From Rhodothermales bacterium (lineage in GTDB: Bacteria; Bacteroidota; Rhodothermia; Rhodothermales; Bin80): 64,000 bases of DNA. Below are positions 29,517 to 39,741 of this stretch, one piece after another. The stretch spans positions 2,352,196 to 2,416,195 of the forward strand of contig OZ244626.1 in assembly GCA_965218495.1 (NCBI GenBank), given 5' to 3'. The stretch's first letter is position 1. Each line of letters opens with the position of its first letter. The position numbers and the translations under genes were made by a program. The notes beneath the pieces were generated by a model. The model did not search any database, was not told the origin of the DNA, and worked only from the letters and a program-made list of their open reading frames with translations.

Positions 29517-30410
29517 ATGGCACGAAAAAAGGTTGCCCTTGGCCGCGGGCTGGACTCGCTGTTGCCTTCCGACGATCCCCTTGATGTGCAGGCTGGCCTG
29601 CGCCAGGTAGCCGGGGGAATCTTTGAGGTTCGGATTGACAGAATCACCCCTAACCCGTATCAGCCTCGCCAGACCTTCGATGACGACGCGCTCAATGGGC
29701 TGGCCCAATCCATTGAGGAGCTTGGCATCATCCAGCCCATCACAGTCAGGGCAGTAGGGAACGACCGCTTCGAAGTCATCGCCGGTGAACGTCGCCTCCG
29801 GGCGGCGCGCCGGGTGGGACTGCGCACCGTGCCGGCTTTCGTACGCGTGACCAGTGCAGAGGAGATGCTGGAGATGGCGCTTGTTGAAAACGTTCAGCGT
29901 GAGCAGCTCAACCCGATTGAATTGGCGCTCGGCTATCAGCGACTGATCGAGGAGTGCGGGTTGCAGCAGGCACAGGTAGCCAGACGGGTCGGCAAGACCC
30001 GGTCAACGGTGACAAATTTCCTTCGCCTGCTTCGACTTCCCCCGCGCATTCAGATTGCGCTGCGCGAGCGCACCCTCTCTGTCGGCCACGCTCGGGCCTT
30101 ATTGGGACTGAGCGATGCGGAATCGCAGCTGCGGCTCTTTGAGAATATCCTGCGCAAGAATCTGTCTGTGCGCCAGGTGGAATCGCACGTACAGCAGCTT
30201 ACGCAACGAATCAGAAAGCCGCGTGAGCCTGTGCTGCCCACACGGCAGTCACTGCAGGTACAGGAGTTCGAGAAATCTTTGCGATCGCGTTACGGTACAA
30301 AGGTGAAACTTACGTGCGACGCGTCTGGCAAAGGCAAGGTTGAACTCCACTACTACTCTACCGACGATCTCGCGCGGATGCTGGATCTTCTCATGGGGAC
30401 GCGAGGCTAG
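29517..30410 (+). CDS. parB: Chromosome partitioning protein ParB/Spo0J
   Basis: 297-aa ORF with the ParB box (IQPITVR, IAGERRLRAA) and an HTH (QAQVARRVGKTRSTVTNFLRLL). Confidence 0.9.
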   Translation: MARKKVALGRGLDSLLPSDDPLDVQAGLRQVAGGIFEVRIDRITPNPYQPRQTFDDDALNGLAQSIEELGIIQPITVRAVGNDRFEVIAGERRLRAARRVGLRTVPAFVRVTSAEEMLEMALVENVQREQLNPIELALGYQRLIEECGLQQAQVARRVGKTRSTVTNFLRLLRLPPRIQIALRERTLSVGHARALLGLSDAESQLRLFENILRKNLSVRQVESHVQQLTQRIRKPREPVLPTRQSLQVQEFEKSLRSRYGTKVKLTCDASGKGKVELHYYSTDDLARMLDLLMGTRG

Positions 30411-30996
30411 CCTCAGGCACCGCCTGCTAGCGTGTATCCTGATTTTGCTCGCTGTCTCTGATACACTTGCCCAAGTGGATTCCACGGCGACCGACCGTCC
30501 GGCCCAATCTTTGCGGCGCGCTGTGATACCTGGCATGGGACAGCTTTATAATCGGCACTACCTCAAACTCCCGCTTGTTTACGCCGGTTTGGGCGCGTTT
30601 GCCGGCGGTGCCATTTTGGTGAACCGACGCTACTTGCTGTACAGGCACGCGTATCTGTATACGGCGCGAAAGAATGGCGATGGTACACACGTATTTCCAG
30701 AATACGCAGCTGAATACTCGAAGCTACTTGGCCGCCTTGGCCTGGCGCTGGAAGAGAATCTGTCGTCACAGGAAGTCGCATCCCGCCGGGCGCGGCTTGA
30801 GCCGCAGATCCGTGCCCAACGGGACAACCTGCGCCGCAACCGTGACCTTTTGTACTTTGGCGTCGTCTTTTGGTATGGACTGTCCATCCTTGACGCATTC
30901 GTCAGTGCCCACCTGCTCGACTTTGACGTGAGCGATGATTTGGCACTTTCGTTGCTGGGCCCGCCGGGCACCATGACAATGCGCTGGACCTTTTGA
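30340..30996 (+). CDS. DUF5683-like membrane protein (the usual parB-downstream gene in Bacteroidota)
   Basis: 218-aa ORF with RRAVIPGMGQLYNRHYLKLPLVYAGLGAF. The ATG at 30340 overlaps parB by 71 nt, so the true start is uncertain. Confidence 0.7.
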   Translation: MNSTTTLPTISRGCWIFSWGREASLRHRLLACILILLAVSDTLAQVDSTATDRPAQSLRRAVIPGMGQLYNRHYLKLPLVYAGLGAFAGGAILVNRRYLLYRHAYLYTARKNGDGTHVFPEYAAEYSKLLGRLGLALEENLSSQEVASRRARLEPQIRAQRDNLRRNRDLLYFGVVFWYGLSILDAFVSAHLLDFDVSDDLALSLLGPPGTMTMRWTF

Positions 30997-31011
30997 GGCA
31001 AGTGGGGTAAT

Positions 31012-32157
31012 ATGGCACGAATAGTCTATGCCTTAAGTGGTCAGGGACGCGGACATTCTTCGCGCAGCCTTGCGATTTCAGCGGCGCTCCGCGCCCGCGG
31101 TCATGAGATTCTATTCTGCTGCGGTGGTACGGCCAAGGAGATCCTGGAGGCCAGGGGGGAGTCTGTGGTTGAAGTACCCCAGCTCAAGACTGTTTTGCGC
31201 AATAACACTGTTCTGGCGGCCCCGACGTTGATCGCCAACTGGCCTTCAATCGCCAACTTGGATCGGATTGTTTCGAAGTTAGCAGGAAGACTGCGGGCGA
31301 TTTCCCCTGAGCTAGTCATTACCGACTTTGAAGCCTTTTCATGGCGGGCCGCCGACCGGCTTAAAGTGCCTACAATTTCGTTCAACCACCAGCAGATCGT
31401 CACAGAAACGGTTTACGAGCTACCGCCAGAGCACTGGCTTGACGCGCAAGTCGCTAAGGCGATTATCAACATAATTGCGCCGAAGAGCCCTGCGCAGCTG
31501 TTGCTGACATCATTCTTCTTCCCGCCGGTTAGGCGACCATGGCGCACGCACTTGGTCCCCCCCATCATCCGCAAGGAAGTCGAGGGACTCACTCCAACGC
31601 GTGGCGACCACACCCTGGTTTACTACAACCAACCCGAGGGTAACAAAACACTCCCTGGCCTGCTGCGCGAGGACGGACGCAGCTACATCGTCTACAACTT
31701 CCCGTTGCCGGCGGACCCGGAGCAGTTTCCGAATATTGTGTTCAAGCGCACCTCCATCACGGAATTCCTGAAGGATTTAGCCACCAGCCGGGCCGTGCTG
31801 TGCACTGCGGGATTTACGCTCATCAGTGAAGCGCTCTACCTTAGAAAGCCGCTCCTCGCTGTCCCAAATCGTGGCATCTTTGAGCAAACCATCAACGGGC
31901 TTTTCCTGGAGCGGGAGGGTTTGGGCAAAGCAATCATCGGCCGTAGACTGACTGCGGCCGACCTTAATGACTTCCACCGGCAATTGGGCAGCTATGCTGC
32001 CAGACTGCAAACGCGGCAGGTCAGCGGGAACATGGAGGCAGTTTCGCTGATTGAAGCTGTTCTGTCCCGTGCGGGGCCATCCGTCCATGCGTTTTCTTCA
32101 CCCGTCCAGCACCCTTCCGCAGCGAACGGCGCCCATAAAGTGGCATCGTCCAAGTAG
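31012..32157 (+). CDS. Glycosyltransferase (GT-B fold, MurG/MGT-like)
   Basis: 381-aa ORF with MARIVYALSGQGRGHSSRSLAISAALRARGHEI and C-terminal CTAGFTLISEALYLRKPLLAVP. Confidence 0.7.
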   Translation: MARIVYALSGQGRGHSSRSLAISAALRARGHEILFCCGGTAKEILEARGESVVEVPQLKTVLRNNTVLAAPTLIANWPSIANLDRIVSKLAGRLRAISPELVITDFEAFSWRAADRLKVPTISFNHQQIVTETVYELPPEHWLDAQVAKAIINIIAPKSPAQLLLTSFFFPPVRRPWRTHLVPPIIRKEVEGLTPTRGDHTLVYYNQPEGNKTLPGLLREDGRSYIVYNFPLPADPEQFPNIVFKRTSITEFLKDLATSRAVLCTAGFTLISEALYLRKPLLAVPNRGIFEQTINGLFLEREGLGKAIIGRRLTAADLNDFHRQLGSYAARLQTRQVSGNMEAVSLIEAVLSRAGPSVHAFSSPVQHPSAANGAHKVASSK

Positions 32158-32247
32158 TCTCAAACTGTACTTGAATGAACTCTCGTCACCGTATTGTTTC
32201 TTTGGGCCGATTTGGCTAATCTATCTAAGCTAGGACGATTGCGTTTG

Positions 32248-33534
32248 ATGACTAGCTCCCAGGAGGCGATGCCGATCATGCCAAATGAATCTCTCACATC
32301 GCGGGAGCCGTCCATCTTTGCCAAGACGCATGCCTTCTTGCAACCTGGCAGCTTCGTGGGCGATGTGATCGCATCGGGCCTGTACCCCTATTTTCGCGCC
32401 ATCGAGCGCAATGAGGGAACACGGGCCATCGTGGATGGTCGGGAAGTCATCATGGCAGGCTCGAATAATTACCTCGGCCTGACGTCGGACCCAAGGGTAA
32501 AGGAGGCCGCCGAGTTAGCTATCAAGCAGTACGGCACCGGATGTACGGGAAGCCGCTTCCTGAATGGTACGCTGGACCTCCACCTTGAACTCGAAGAGCG
32601 TTTGGCCACCTTTATGGGGAAGCAGGCTTGCGTACTGTTCTCTACGGGCTACATGACCAACATGGGGGTCATCCAGGGGATCACGTCCAAAAACGACCTC
32701 ATCTTTTCCGACAAGGACAACCACGCATGCATAGTCGCCGGCACGCAGGTCAGCCCTGCGGATACGTGGCGCTTTCGCCATGACGACATCAATCACTTGC
32801 GCCGCCTGTTGGAAAAGGCCGGGCAGGAGCGGCCTGAAGCCGACAAGCTGATTGTTACCGACGGCGTCTTTTCCATGAGCGGCTGCATTGCGCGCGTGCC
32901 CGAGCTGGTTGCGGTAGCAGCCGAGTTTAATGCGGCGCTTATGTTGGACGATGCGCATGCAGTGGGCGTGATTGGCCCTGGCGGGCGGGGATCTGCAGCC
33001 TACTTTGGCCTCTCGGACGAGGTACCGCTTACCACGGGCACGTTTTCAAAAAGCTTTTCGTCACTAGGCGGCTTCGCTGTAGGGGACCGCGATATCATTG
33101 AGTATATCCGCCACATGGCGAGCGTGCACATCTTTAGCGCTTCGATGCCACCATCTTGCGTGGCCGCGGTCCTGAAGTGCCTGGACATCCTGCAGGAAGA
33201 ACCCTGGCGCTTGGAGCGGCTGTGGGAAATCTCTCACTACATGCGGGAAGGATTCAAGAATGCCGGCTTCAACGTGTGGACCAGCCAGGCACCCATAATC
33301 CCGGTGGTTATAGGCAATGAGATGAATACGGCCTTCCAATTCTGGAACGACCTGTTGGAAGAAGGCATCTTTGTTAATCCTGTCGTTCCGTGGCGTGGCG
33401 CCGTTGCTGGTGGACGCGCCATCATGCGCACCTCGTATATGGCCACCCATACCGACGAAGATCTGGATCATATTCTCGAGGCCTTTCGACGTGTAGGCCG
33501 GCGGCACGGGGTGAACAGCAATGGCATGGTGTAA
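32248..33534 (+). CDS. Alpha-oxoamine synthase family PLP enzyme (serine palmitoyltransferase / KBL / cysteate-acyltransferase-like)
   Basis: The ORF has SNNYLGL, FSTGYMTN, DDAHAVG and the PLP-lysine context GTFSKSFSSLGG. I chose the ATG at 32248. The track starts at a TTG at 32194. Confidence 0.85.
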   Translation: MTSSQEAMPIMPNESLTSREPSIFAKTHAFLQPGSFVGDVIASGLYPYFRAIERNEGTRAIVDGREVIMAGSNNYLGLTSDPRVKEAAELAIKQYGTGCTGSRFLNGTLDLHLELEERLATFMGKQACVLFSTGYMTNMGVIQGITSKNDLIFSDKDNHACIVAGTQVSPADTWRFRHDDINHLRRLLEKAGQERPEADKLIVTDGVFSMSGCIARVPELVAVAAEFNAALMLDDAHAVGVIGPGGRGSAAYFGLSDEVPLTTGTFSKSFSSLGGFAVGDRDIIEYIRHMASVHIFSASMPPSCVAAVLKCLDILQEEPWRLERLWEISHYMREGFKNAGFNVWTSQAPIIPVVIGNEMNTAFQFWNDLLEEGIFVNPVVPWRGAVAGGRAIMRTSYMATHTDEDLDHILEAFRRVGRRHGVNSNGMV

Positions 33535-33560
33535 CACCAATCCTATGCAGTCGCTCCGAA

Positions 33561-34706
33561 ATGGCTCTTATCTGTGAAGTAAAGAGTCGCCGCCATCTGC
33601 GACGCTTTGTTGACTTTCCCTACTCCTTCTATAAGGACCATCCGTATTGGGTGCCGCAGCTCCGCTCGGAGATTCGTCACACCCTAAACCGGAAGCAGAA
33701 TGCCTTCTTCGAACACGGAGAGATGGCCTTGTTCCTTGCATTTGATGATGCCGGTCAGGTAGTCGGGCGTATCGCCAGCATTCGCAATGGAATGCACCTC
33801 AAGACGCACGAGGACGGCGTGGGCTTCTTTGGGTTTTTCGAGTGTGAAGAGCGCTATGAAACCGCAGCGGCTCTATTTGAGGCGGCAGCAACCTGGGCAA
33901 GAGCTAAAGGCCTGCGTGCGTTGCGCGGGCCCACAAACCCCACGCTTAATGACCTCTCCGCGCTGCTGACAGGCGGATTCGACCGGATGCCGGCAATTCT
34001 TATGCCCTACAACCCTCCGTACTACGAGGAATTCCTGACGCGGTGGGGGTTTAAGCGGGTCATGAAGATCTGGGCCTACTACATCCATCACAAGCACGTC
34101 AGGGCTGATCGCATGGTTCGGGGCGCCGAGATCGTAAACCGACGCAACCCCGGGCTGAAACTTCGCCCCATGGACATGTCCAGGTACTACGAGGACGTCG
34201 AGATCATGCGCTCAATCTGGAATGATGGATGGCAGCATAACTGGGGCTTTGTGCCGATCACCCAGAATGAGTTCCGGCAACTCGCAAAGAAGTTCAAGGA
34301 TATCGTGGACCCGCGAATATGCTTTATCCTTGAAAAAGACGGAGAACCGGTAGCGTTTTCCGTCTCGCTGCCCAACATCAACCCGGCCCTCAAGAAGGTG
34401 CCGGATGGTCGCTTATTTCCTTTCGGGCTTGCAAAGATCCTGTTGCACGACAAGTTCGGTGGCTTTAATGAGATCCGCATGCCGCTGATGGGCGTGAAGA
34501 AGGCTTACCATGGCCGCGCCTTCGACGTACTGCCAGTAATTGAAACCATACTGAAGGGCCCGGCCTACGGGTATGCGGCATGCGAAACAAGCTGGGTATT
34601 GGACTCCAATCATGTCTTGAAGAACCTTCTCACCTCCATAGGCACTATCGTTGACAAGCAGTACGCACTCTTCGAGAAGGACATCTCAAAGCAGGAGGCG
34701 GTTTAG
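33561..34706 (+). CDS. GNAT-like acyl-CoA N-acyltransferase family protein
   Basis: I placed the start at the ATG at 33561 within track ORF 33390-34706. MALICEVKSRRHLRRFVDFPYSFYKDHPYWVPQLRSEI... is the N-terminal pattern of a widespread Bacteroidota GNAT-fold family, as I recall it. Confidence 0.65.
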   Translation: MALICEVKSRRHLRRFVDFPYSFYKDHPYWVPQLRSEIRHTLNRKQNAFFEHGEMALFLAFDDAGQVVGRIASIRNGMHLKTHEDGVGFFGFFECEERYETAAALFEAAATWARAKGLRALRGPTNPTLNDLSALLTGGFDRMPAILMPYNPPYYEEFLTRWGFKRVMKIWAYYIHHKHVRADRMVRGAEIVNRRNPGLKLRPMDMSRYYEDVEIMRSIWNDGWQHNWGFVPITQNEFRQLAKKFKDIVDPRICFILEKDGEPVAFSVSLPNINPALKKVPDGRLFPFGLAKILLHDKFGGFNEIRMPLMGVKKAYHGRAFDVLPVIETILKGPAYGYAACETSWVLDSNHVLKNLLTSIGTIVDKQYALFEKDISKQEAV

Positions 34707-34764
34707 GCACTCACCCCGCAGCCGGTAACGAGTCGCCCCGGGTTGTGGGCCGAGTCCGGTGCCG

Positions 34765-35367
34765 CTACAACCCCAACTGGCGAAGAAAGCTGGACAACAC
34801 CTCCGGCTCAAGTAGTATCGTCAGAATAACGCCGCCTAGCGCGCCGCCTAGGTGTCCTGTATGTGCAATGCCTGGCAGCTTGCCCTTGTTTATGGCCCAC
34901 AGCGAGCCGGTAACAAAGAGCGCAGCAAATGCGATCGAGGGCAGGGGCAACACACCGAAAAAATAGATCAGCTCGAAGGGCCTGAAAAGGCAAAACCCAA
35001 AGACAACTCCCACGATGGCACCCGAAGCACCGACCGCAGCGTATCCCGTGTCGTCACGGTGGCACAAATACGTAACGGCGCTGCACGCAACCAGTGAACC
35101 GCCGTACAAACCCAAAAAATCGGCGCCCCCCATCCAAGATTCCAAGGGAGGGCCGAAGAAATAGAGCGTAAAGAGATTAACAAAAAGATGCCAGAACCCG
35201 TTGTGCACGAAGGCACTGGACACCCACCGGTACAGCTGTGACCGCTGAGCTGGGATGAATTTCAACCGATCCACCAAGGAGCGGTCAACCCACAACGCAG
35301 TGATGCTCACCAGGGCAATGGTGACCAAGAGGATCAGCGTAATGGGCGCAGCCAAAAAATCAATCAT
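34765..35367 (-). CDS. Rhomboid family intramembrane serine protease
   Basis: 200-aa polytopic ORF with GASGAIVGV (catalytic Ser context) and [11 protein letters not shown] (catalytic His context). Confidence 0.85.
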   Translation of the reverse strand: MIDFLAAPITLILLVTIALVSITALWVDRSLVDRLKFIPAQRSQLYRWVSSAFVHNGFWHLFVNLFTLYFFGPPLESWMGGADFLGLYGGSLVACSAVTYLCHRDDTGYAAVGASGAIVGVVFGFCLFRPFELIYFFGVLPLPSIAFAALFVTGSLWAINKGKLPGIAHTGHLGGALGGVILTILLEPEVLSSFLRQLGL

Positions 35368-36077
35368 TCGACTGGAATAGCAAGCTGTCGCATGGAATGC
35401 GCCATCAGGCTACGGAAGATGAGTAGCCCATCCGCACCGCCAACCTCCGATTCAGCGCAACGCTCTGGATGGGGCATCATGCCCAGAACATTGCCCTCAA
35501 GGTTGATGATGCCTGCGATGTGGCGGGCCGAGCCATTCGGATTGGCCCCTTGACTTGGCGTGCCCTTTTCGTCGCAGTAGCGAAATACGACCCGCTCTTC
35601 AGCTTCCAGTGCATCCAGCGTGTCTGCCGAAGCAAAATAGCTGCCTTCACCATGCGCTATGGGGACGCGGATCACCTGTCCGCGGCGCAGCGCGTTCGTG
35701 AACGCTGTATCACTGCTCTCCACGCGAAGATATACCCACTTGCAGACAAAGCGCAGACTCGCGTTTCGCAACAGGGCCCCGGGCAGCAGTCCGGCTTCGC
35801 ACAACACCTGGAAACCGTTGCAGATGCCCAACACGAGGCCGCCGCCATGGGCAAACGTTACAATGCGCTCCATGATGGGTGAAAACCGTGCCACGGCCCC
35901 GGCGCGCAAGTAGTCGCCGTACGAAAACCCGCCAGGCACAATGACCAGATCTACGTCTCCGAGCTCCGTCTCCTTGTGCCAGATAAAACGCGCATTGAGC
36001 CCAAGGACGTGACGGACTACGTGATAAGCGTCATGGTCGCAGTTAGAACCCGGAAAGACGATGACGCCTACGTTCAC
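35364..36077 (-). CDS. purQ: Phosphoribosylformylglycinamidine synthase, glutamine amidotransferase subunit
   Basis: 237-aa ORF with [30 protein letters not shown] and MMPHPER. Confidence 0.9.
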   Translation of the reverse strand: MNVGVIVFPGSNCDHDAYHVVRHVLGLNARFIWHKETELGDVDLVIVPGGFSYGDYLRAGAVARFSPIMERIVTFAHGGGLVLGICNGFQVLCEAGLLPGALLRNASLRFVCKWVYLRVESSDTAFTNALRRGQVIRVPIAHGEGSYFASADTLDALEAEERVVFRYCDEKGTPSQGANPNGSARHIAGIINLEGNVLGMMPHPERCAESEVGGADGLLIFRSLMAHSMRQLAIPVE

Positions 36078-36081
36078 CGAC

Positions 36082-36672
36082 CTAGGAGTCTTTGATGATC
36101 TCGAGCTCCAGAATAACCTCTATGTCGTGGCCCACTACAGCCCCGCCGGCTTCGGTAAGCCGGTTCCACATGAGGCCGAAATCTATCCGGTTGACTTTGG
36201 TACGCGCCTCAAAGCCGGCGCGCTCGGAATCGCCCATCGTCGCGGACCCGAGGTACTCAGCACTGAGCACGACCTCCTTGGTGACGTCGCGAATGGTCAG
36301 GTTTCCTACTATGTCAAACGTAGAACCTTCCAAATTCGTGACGCCCGTGCTTTCAAAGGTCATGGTTGGAAACGTCTCCGCAGAGAAAAAGTCGTCCGAC
36401 CGCAAGTGATTGTCGCGACGGTCATTCCCGGTGTCAATGCTGACAACCTGGATCGTGACCGACGCTTGCAGCGACTGCAAGTCTTCCGGGTCCATGGTGA
36501 TCGTGGCATCATATTCGCCAAATTCGCCACGCACGTTTGAGATGCCAAGGTGCCGCACCTTGAATCCTATCTTGGAGTGCGCCGAATCAATGGACCACGT
36601 GGCCGGCGCGTCGCCGCTGAAACCTGCAAGAAACAGTACTAACGCAATGGGAAGAACGAAACGGGACTTCAT
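36082..36672 (-). CDS. YceI family periplasmic protein
   Basis: I placed the start at the ATG at 36672 ([17 protein letters not shown] signal) within track ORF 36082-36756. [19 protein letters not shown] is typical of YceI. Confidence 0.8.
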   Translation of the reverse strand: MKSRFVLPIALVLFLAGFSGDAPATWSIDSAHSKIGFKVRHLGISNVRGEFGEYDATITMDPEDLQSLQASVTIQVVSIDTGNDRRDNHLRSDDFFSAETFPTMTFESTGVTNLEGSTFDIVGNLTIRDVTKEVVLSAEYLGSATMGDSERAGFEARTKVNRIDFGLMWNRLTEAGGAVVGHDIEVILELEIIKDS

Positions 36673-37121
36673 GTCTTCAGGTAGGCTGGTGAATGGCGCA
36701 CTGTACCCGCTAGAGACCATTCTGTTCGACGTGGACTGTGGGCTACACAAGCGCAATGGATGCCGTCATTTCCGGGTCATCATCTGCGCGTCTTGCCTGG
36801 CGCTGGTGCGTCACAAGACTGTTGCTGCCGGCGCAGGCTAGCTGGTCTAGGCCAGTTTCACCGCCGTAACTCCCGCGCCACCGCACCCGACTAAACTCTT
36901 GTATGCTTGTGGAGGCCTCACGAGCAACAAGTGCAGGCATTGCCTGCCCTGCAAACGTACGATCGAGCGCATTGAAATTACCCGGGCAGACCTCACAGAT
37001 GAGGTCACCCGGGGGGTGCCGATTCCCGCGGTCCAATAAGCTCAATGCCCAACGCCAGAAACAGAGCTAAGGCAATGATCGCTGTTACCTCCGCGCCTAT
37101 AGGAGATACCACGGCCTTTAC

Positions 37122-38237
37122 CTACTCCGGCGCAACAAACCGGTAGACCTCGAGGTAGAGATTGGGCAACTGGCTCGATTCGTCCAGCTCCGGCTGTACC
37201 ACGCGGTAAACCAATCCATACTTGCCGTAGTGGAATATATGTTTCACACCCAATTCCTCCGCGACAAAAAGCCCGTCCTTGGTGAATACCTGGTAGCCCC
37301 AACCTCTGTCCGAATCTTTGTACTGGATCATAAAGGTCTGGTCAGTGAGTTCAAAAATATCAGTCGTAAGCGTGCTGCTCCCGTGCAGATTGCCAAAGGC
37401 TTTCATTAACGCCGCAGGATGAGTCGACTTCGGGTCTGGAAGATCCCTCGAGAGATCACGGAACCAGGAAGTTCGGTGTGAGATTCTGGCTACGATGGCG
37501 CCGTTTAGCGTCATCTTCAGCACGTGGGGTTCCACAGCTCCTGCGTAGAATATGTGCTCCTCATCAACAATTAGGCCACCCATAGCAAGCCTGCGGGCTG
37601 CTTTGGGATAATCGCTGGATGGCAAATCGATCTCATGGAGGGTCTTGCCACTGGAGCTCATGTATCTAAGGACCTGTTTATCTGGGTACCTATATATGCC
37701 AAAGAGATTGCCTTGGGCGTCGACATCCAGGAACCCCCGTTGCGCAATAAGGGAATAGTCCGGGTCGACATTTCCCAGGCATCTCCCTTCGGGCGTGAAC
37801 CGGTATCCCCAAGGACCCGCGTTGCTAAGGAAGATGGACTGATCCCCGACAAATACGGCGTGCACAGGCCGGACCTCAAACCCTGGATGGCAAAGAGATG
37901 GGTCAAGCAAGGCCAGGAGTTTCCCATCTGGATCAAACAGAAGGGCTTGACTCCCGAGCATATCGCCGACGAGCATACGTCCATCGGGAGCCACGTCCAG
38001 GCCCCATATCCCTGCCATCAGCAAGCTATCCGGATGCACCGCATCCGGGTCGGCAAGTGTAATCGTCCTCACCCTCTGGAAGTGCGCCAGTTGGAGGGGA
38101 TCATTGCGTTGAGCGCTTGCGGGATCTGCGAATGTGAGGCAGGAAACAAATGCCACGACAAGAGACACGAAACACCCGATTCCCGGCCAAGATGCCATGC
38201 GTTCGTGTGATTCAGTCAAGGTCAGTCGTACCTTCAT
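37122..38237 (-). CDS. Hypothetical secreted protein (possible beta-propeller)
   Basis: Track ORF 37122-38330. I chose the internal ATG at 38237, which is followed by a signal-like CFVSLVVAFVSCLTFADPASAQ. No confident family assignment. Confidence 0.55.
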   Translation of the reverse strand: MKVRLTLTESHERMASWPGIGCFVSLVVAFVSCLTFADPASAQRNDPLQLAHFQRVRTITLADPDAVHPDSLLMAGIWGLDVAPDGRMLVGDMLGSQALLFDPDGKLLALLDPSLCHPGFEVRPVHAVFVGDQSIFLSNAGPWGYRFTPEGRCLGNVDPDYSLIAQRGFLDVDAQGNLFGIYRYPDKQVLRYMSSSGKTLHEIDLPSSDYPKAARRLAMGGLIVDEEHIFYAGAVEPHVLKMTLNGAIVARISHRTSWFRDLSRDLPDPKSTHPAALMKAFGNLHGSSTLTTDIFELTDQTFMIQYKDSDRGWGYQVFTKDGLFVAEELGVKHIFHYGKYGLVYRVVQPELDESSQLPNLYLEVYRFVAPE

Positions 38238-38449
38238 GGCGCGCGAGGTTACTGGTCGCAATAGCCACCCTCCAGGTAAAAGCAGGCCCCTTCCTATGGA
38301 GAGCACATGCTTCCCAGTCCCGTGCAACAAGCGTAGATACAGTCAGGATGTCCCTTTGGGCAGGCCGTCCAGGACGATCGTCGATCCTGATCATCGTCCT
38401 TCAGACTGGCTTCTGTCGGGTGAAGGACTGGTACAAGCAGCTCCACGAT

Positions 38450-38457
38450 CTGGTTCT
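38450..38457. repeat. Target-site duplication CTGGTTCT (left) of the IS256-like element
   Basis: CTGGTTCT abuts both ends of the element (38450-38457 and 40794-40801). Confidence 0.65.
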
Positions 38458-38472
38458 GGGATTGACCCATAT

Positions 38473-39741
38473 TTAGTTGGGAGGGGGATGTGCATAGGCG
38501 AATACGGTCTGCTGCCTGCGGCGTTCCACCTCACGTGTAAGGGCTGCTTCCATCGCTCTCAGATGCACAGGCTCCAATATGCGACTTAGCCTGGACTCGT
38601 AGTGCTTGAAGATGGCAGCGAACCAGCGGTGCCGTTGGTTCGTGGAGCGCCATCGTTTTACGTTGCGCGTGCGATGAGTAATGACGCTATTGAGGTTCTC
38701 GATGAGGTTACTGGTCTTGAAGCTGCGCTGGAGGGTCTCATGCAGTGGTAGTCGGAGCACCGTAAGCGTTTCGTGCAGTCCTTCGCGCAGGCTGGCGGCC
38801 GCGCGCGGTTGCCCAGGCTGCAGGTCGTCGTGGATAGCAACAAGCGCTTTGCGCGCACGCTCATAGTCCGGCTGATCGTAGGCATCTTGAAGCCGGCCTT
38901 TTGCGCGCTCGGCTGTGCCCTTCTGCTTGGTGTGCTGCACCACGTTCTCGCGCTTGTGCCACTGACACCGCTGGATGACCGCGTGATCGCCAAACACATG
39001 CTGCACCGCCTTGCGCAGCCCCTTGCTGCCGTCGATGATCACCAGGATCCCGCCGGCATAGGAGAACCCGCGCTGCACCAGGTTCTCCAGCAAAGCGGTC
39101 GCTTTGTCACTGTTCTCGGTGGTGCTTTCGATGTAGCCTAACACGTGCTTCTTGCCTGTACGGGTGACCCCCAGAGCGAGGATCATCTGCACACCCTTCA
39201 GGCACTTGCCATCTATCAACAAGGCCACATACTTCTCCTGATCCAGCCGGCTGGACTCAAACTCCTCTAGTGCCTGCGTGGTAGTGGTCTCGAACATGCG
39301 AGCAACGCTGCTCTGGCTCAGTCCCATACAGTCGGCAAACTCGCCGGCCACGTCCTTGTAGTCGCGCTGCGAGACCCCCGAGAGCAACAGTGCCGTGAGC
39401 TTCTCAAGCTGCTTGGGATCCCGCTGGTGCAGCAACTGGTAGGTCTTCAGCGGCACTTCCTTGCCCGTGTTGGTGTCACGCACCCGAGGAACCGATATCT
39501 GAATACGCCCCGTACCGTAGACAATAGAGCCTGGATTGGTGCCCCAGCGCTGATAGCCGTTCTTGTTGACGGTGCCCCGCTTGCCACACAGCTGCGTCAC
39601 TTCGGCCTCTATAGCCTGCATAGCCATCGCTTCATACCGCTCTGGGAGCTCGCGCAGGAGCTGGGCCAAGGCAAGCGGGTCGGTCGCAGCCAGACGCTGG
39701 CAGAGTGCGGCAATGGGTTCGTCGGAGGTCTGTGCTTTCAT
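38473..39741 (-). CDS. IS256 family (Mutator-type) transposase
   Basis: 422-aa ORF with DDE contexts LLIDG, VIIDGSKGLRKAV, QRCQWHK and TSNLIENLNS. Confidence 0.85.
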   Translation of the reverse strand: MKAQTSDEPIAALCQRLAATDPLALAQLLRELPERYEAMAMQAIEAEVTQLCGKRGTVNKNGYQRWGTNPGSIVYGTGRIQISVPRVRDTNTGKEVPLKTYQLLHQRDPKQLEKLTALLLSGVSQRDYKDVAGEFADCMGLSQSSVARMFETTTTQALEEFESSRLDQEKYVALLIDGKCLKGVQMILALGVTRTGKKHVLGYIESTTENSDKATALLENLVQRGFSYAGGILVIIDGSKGLRKAVQHVFGDHAVIQRCQWHKRENVVQHTKQKGTAERAKGRLQDAYDQPDYERARKALVAIHDDLQPGQPRAAASLREGLHETLTVLRLPLHETLQRSFKTSNLIENLNSVITHRTRNVKRWRSTNQRHRWFAAIFKHYESRLSRILEPVHLRAMEAALTREVERRRQQTVFAYAHPPPN

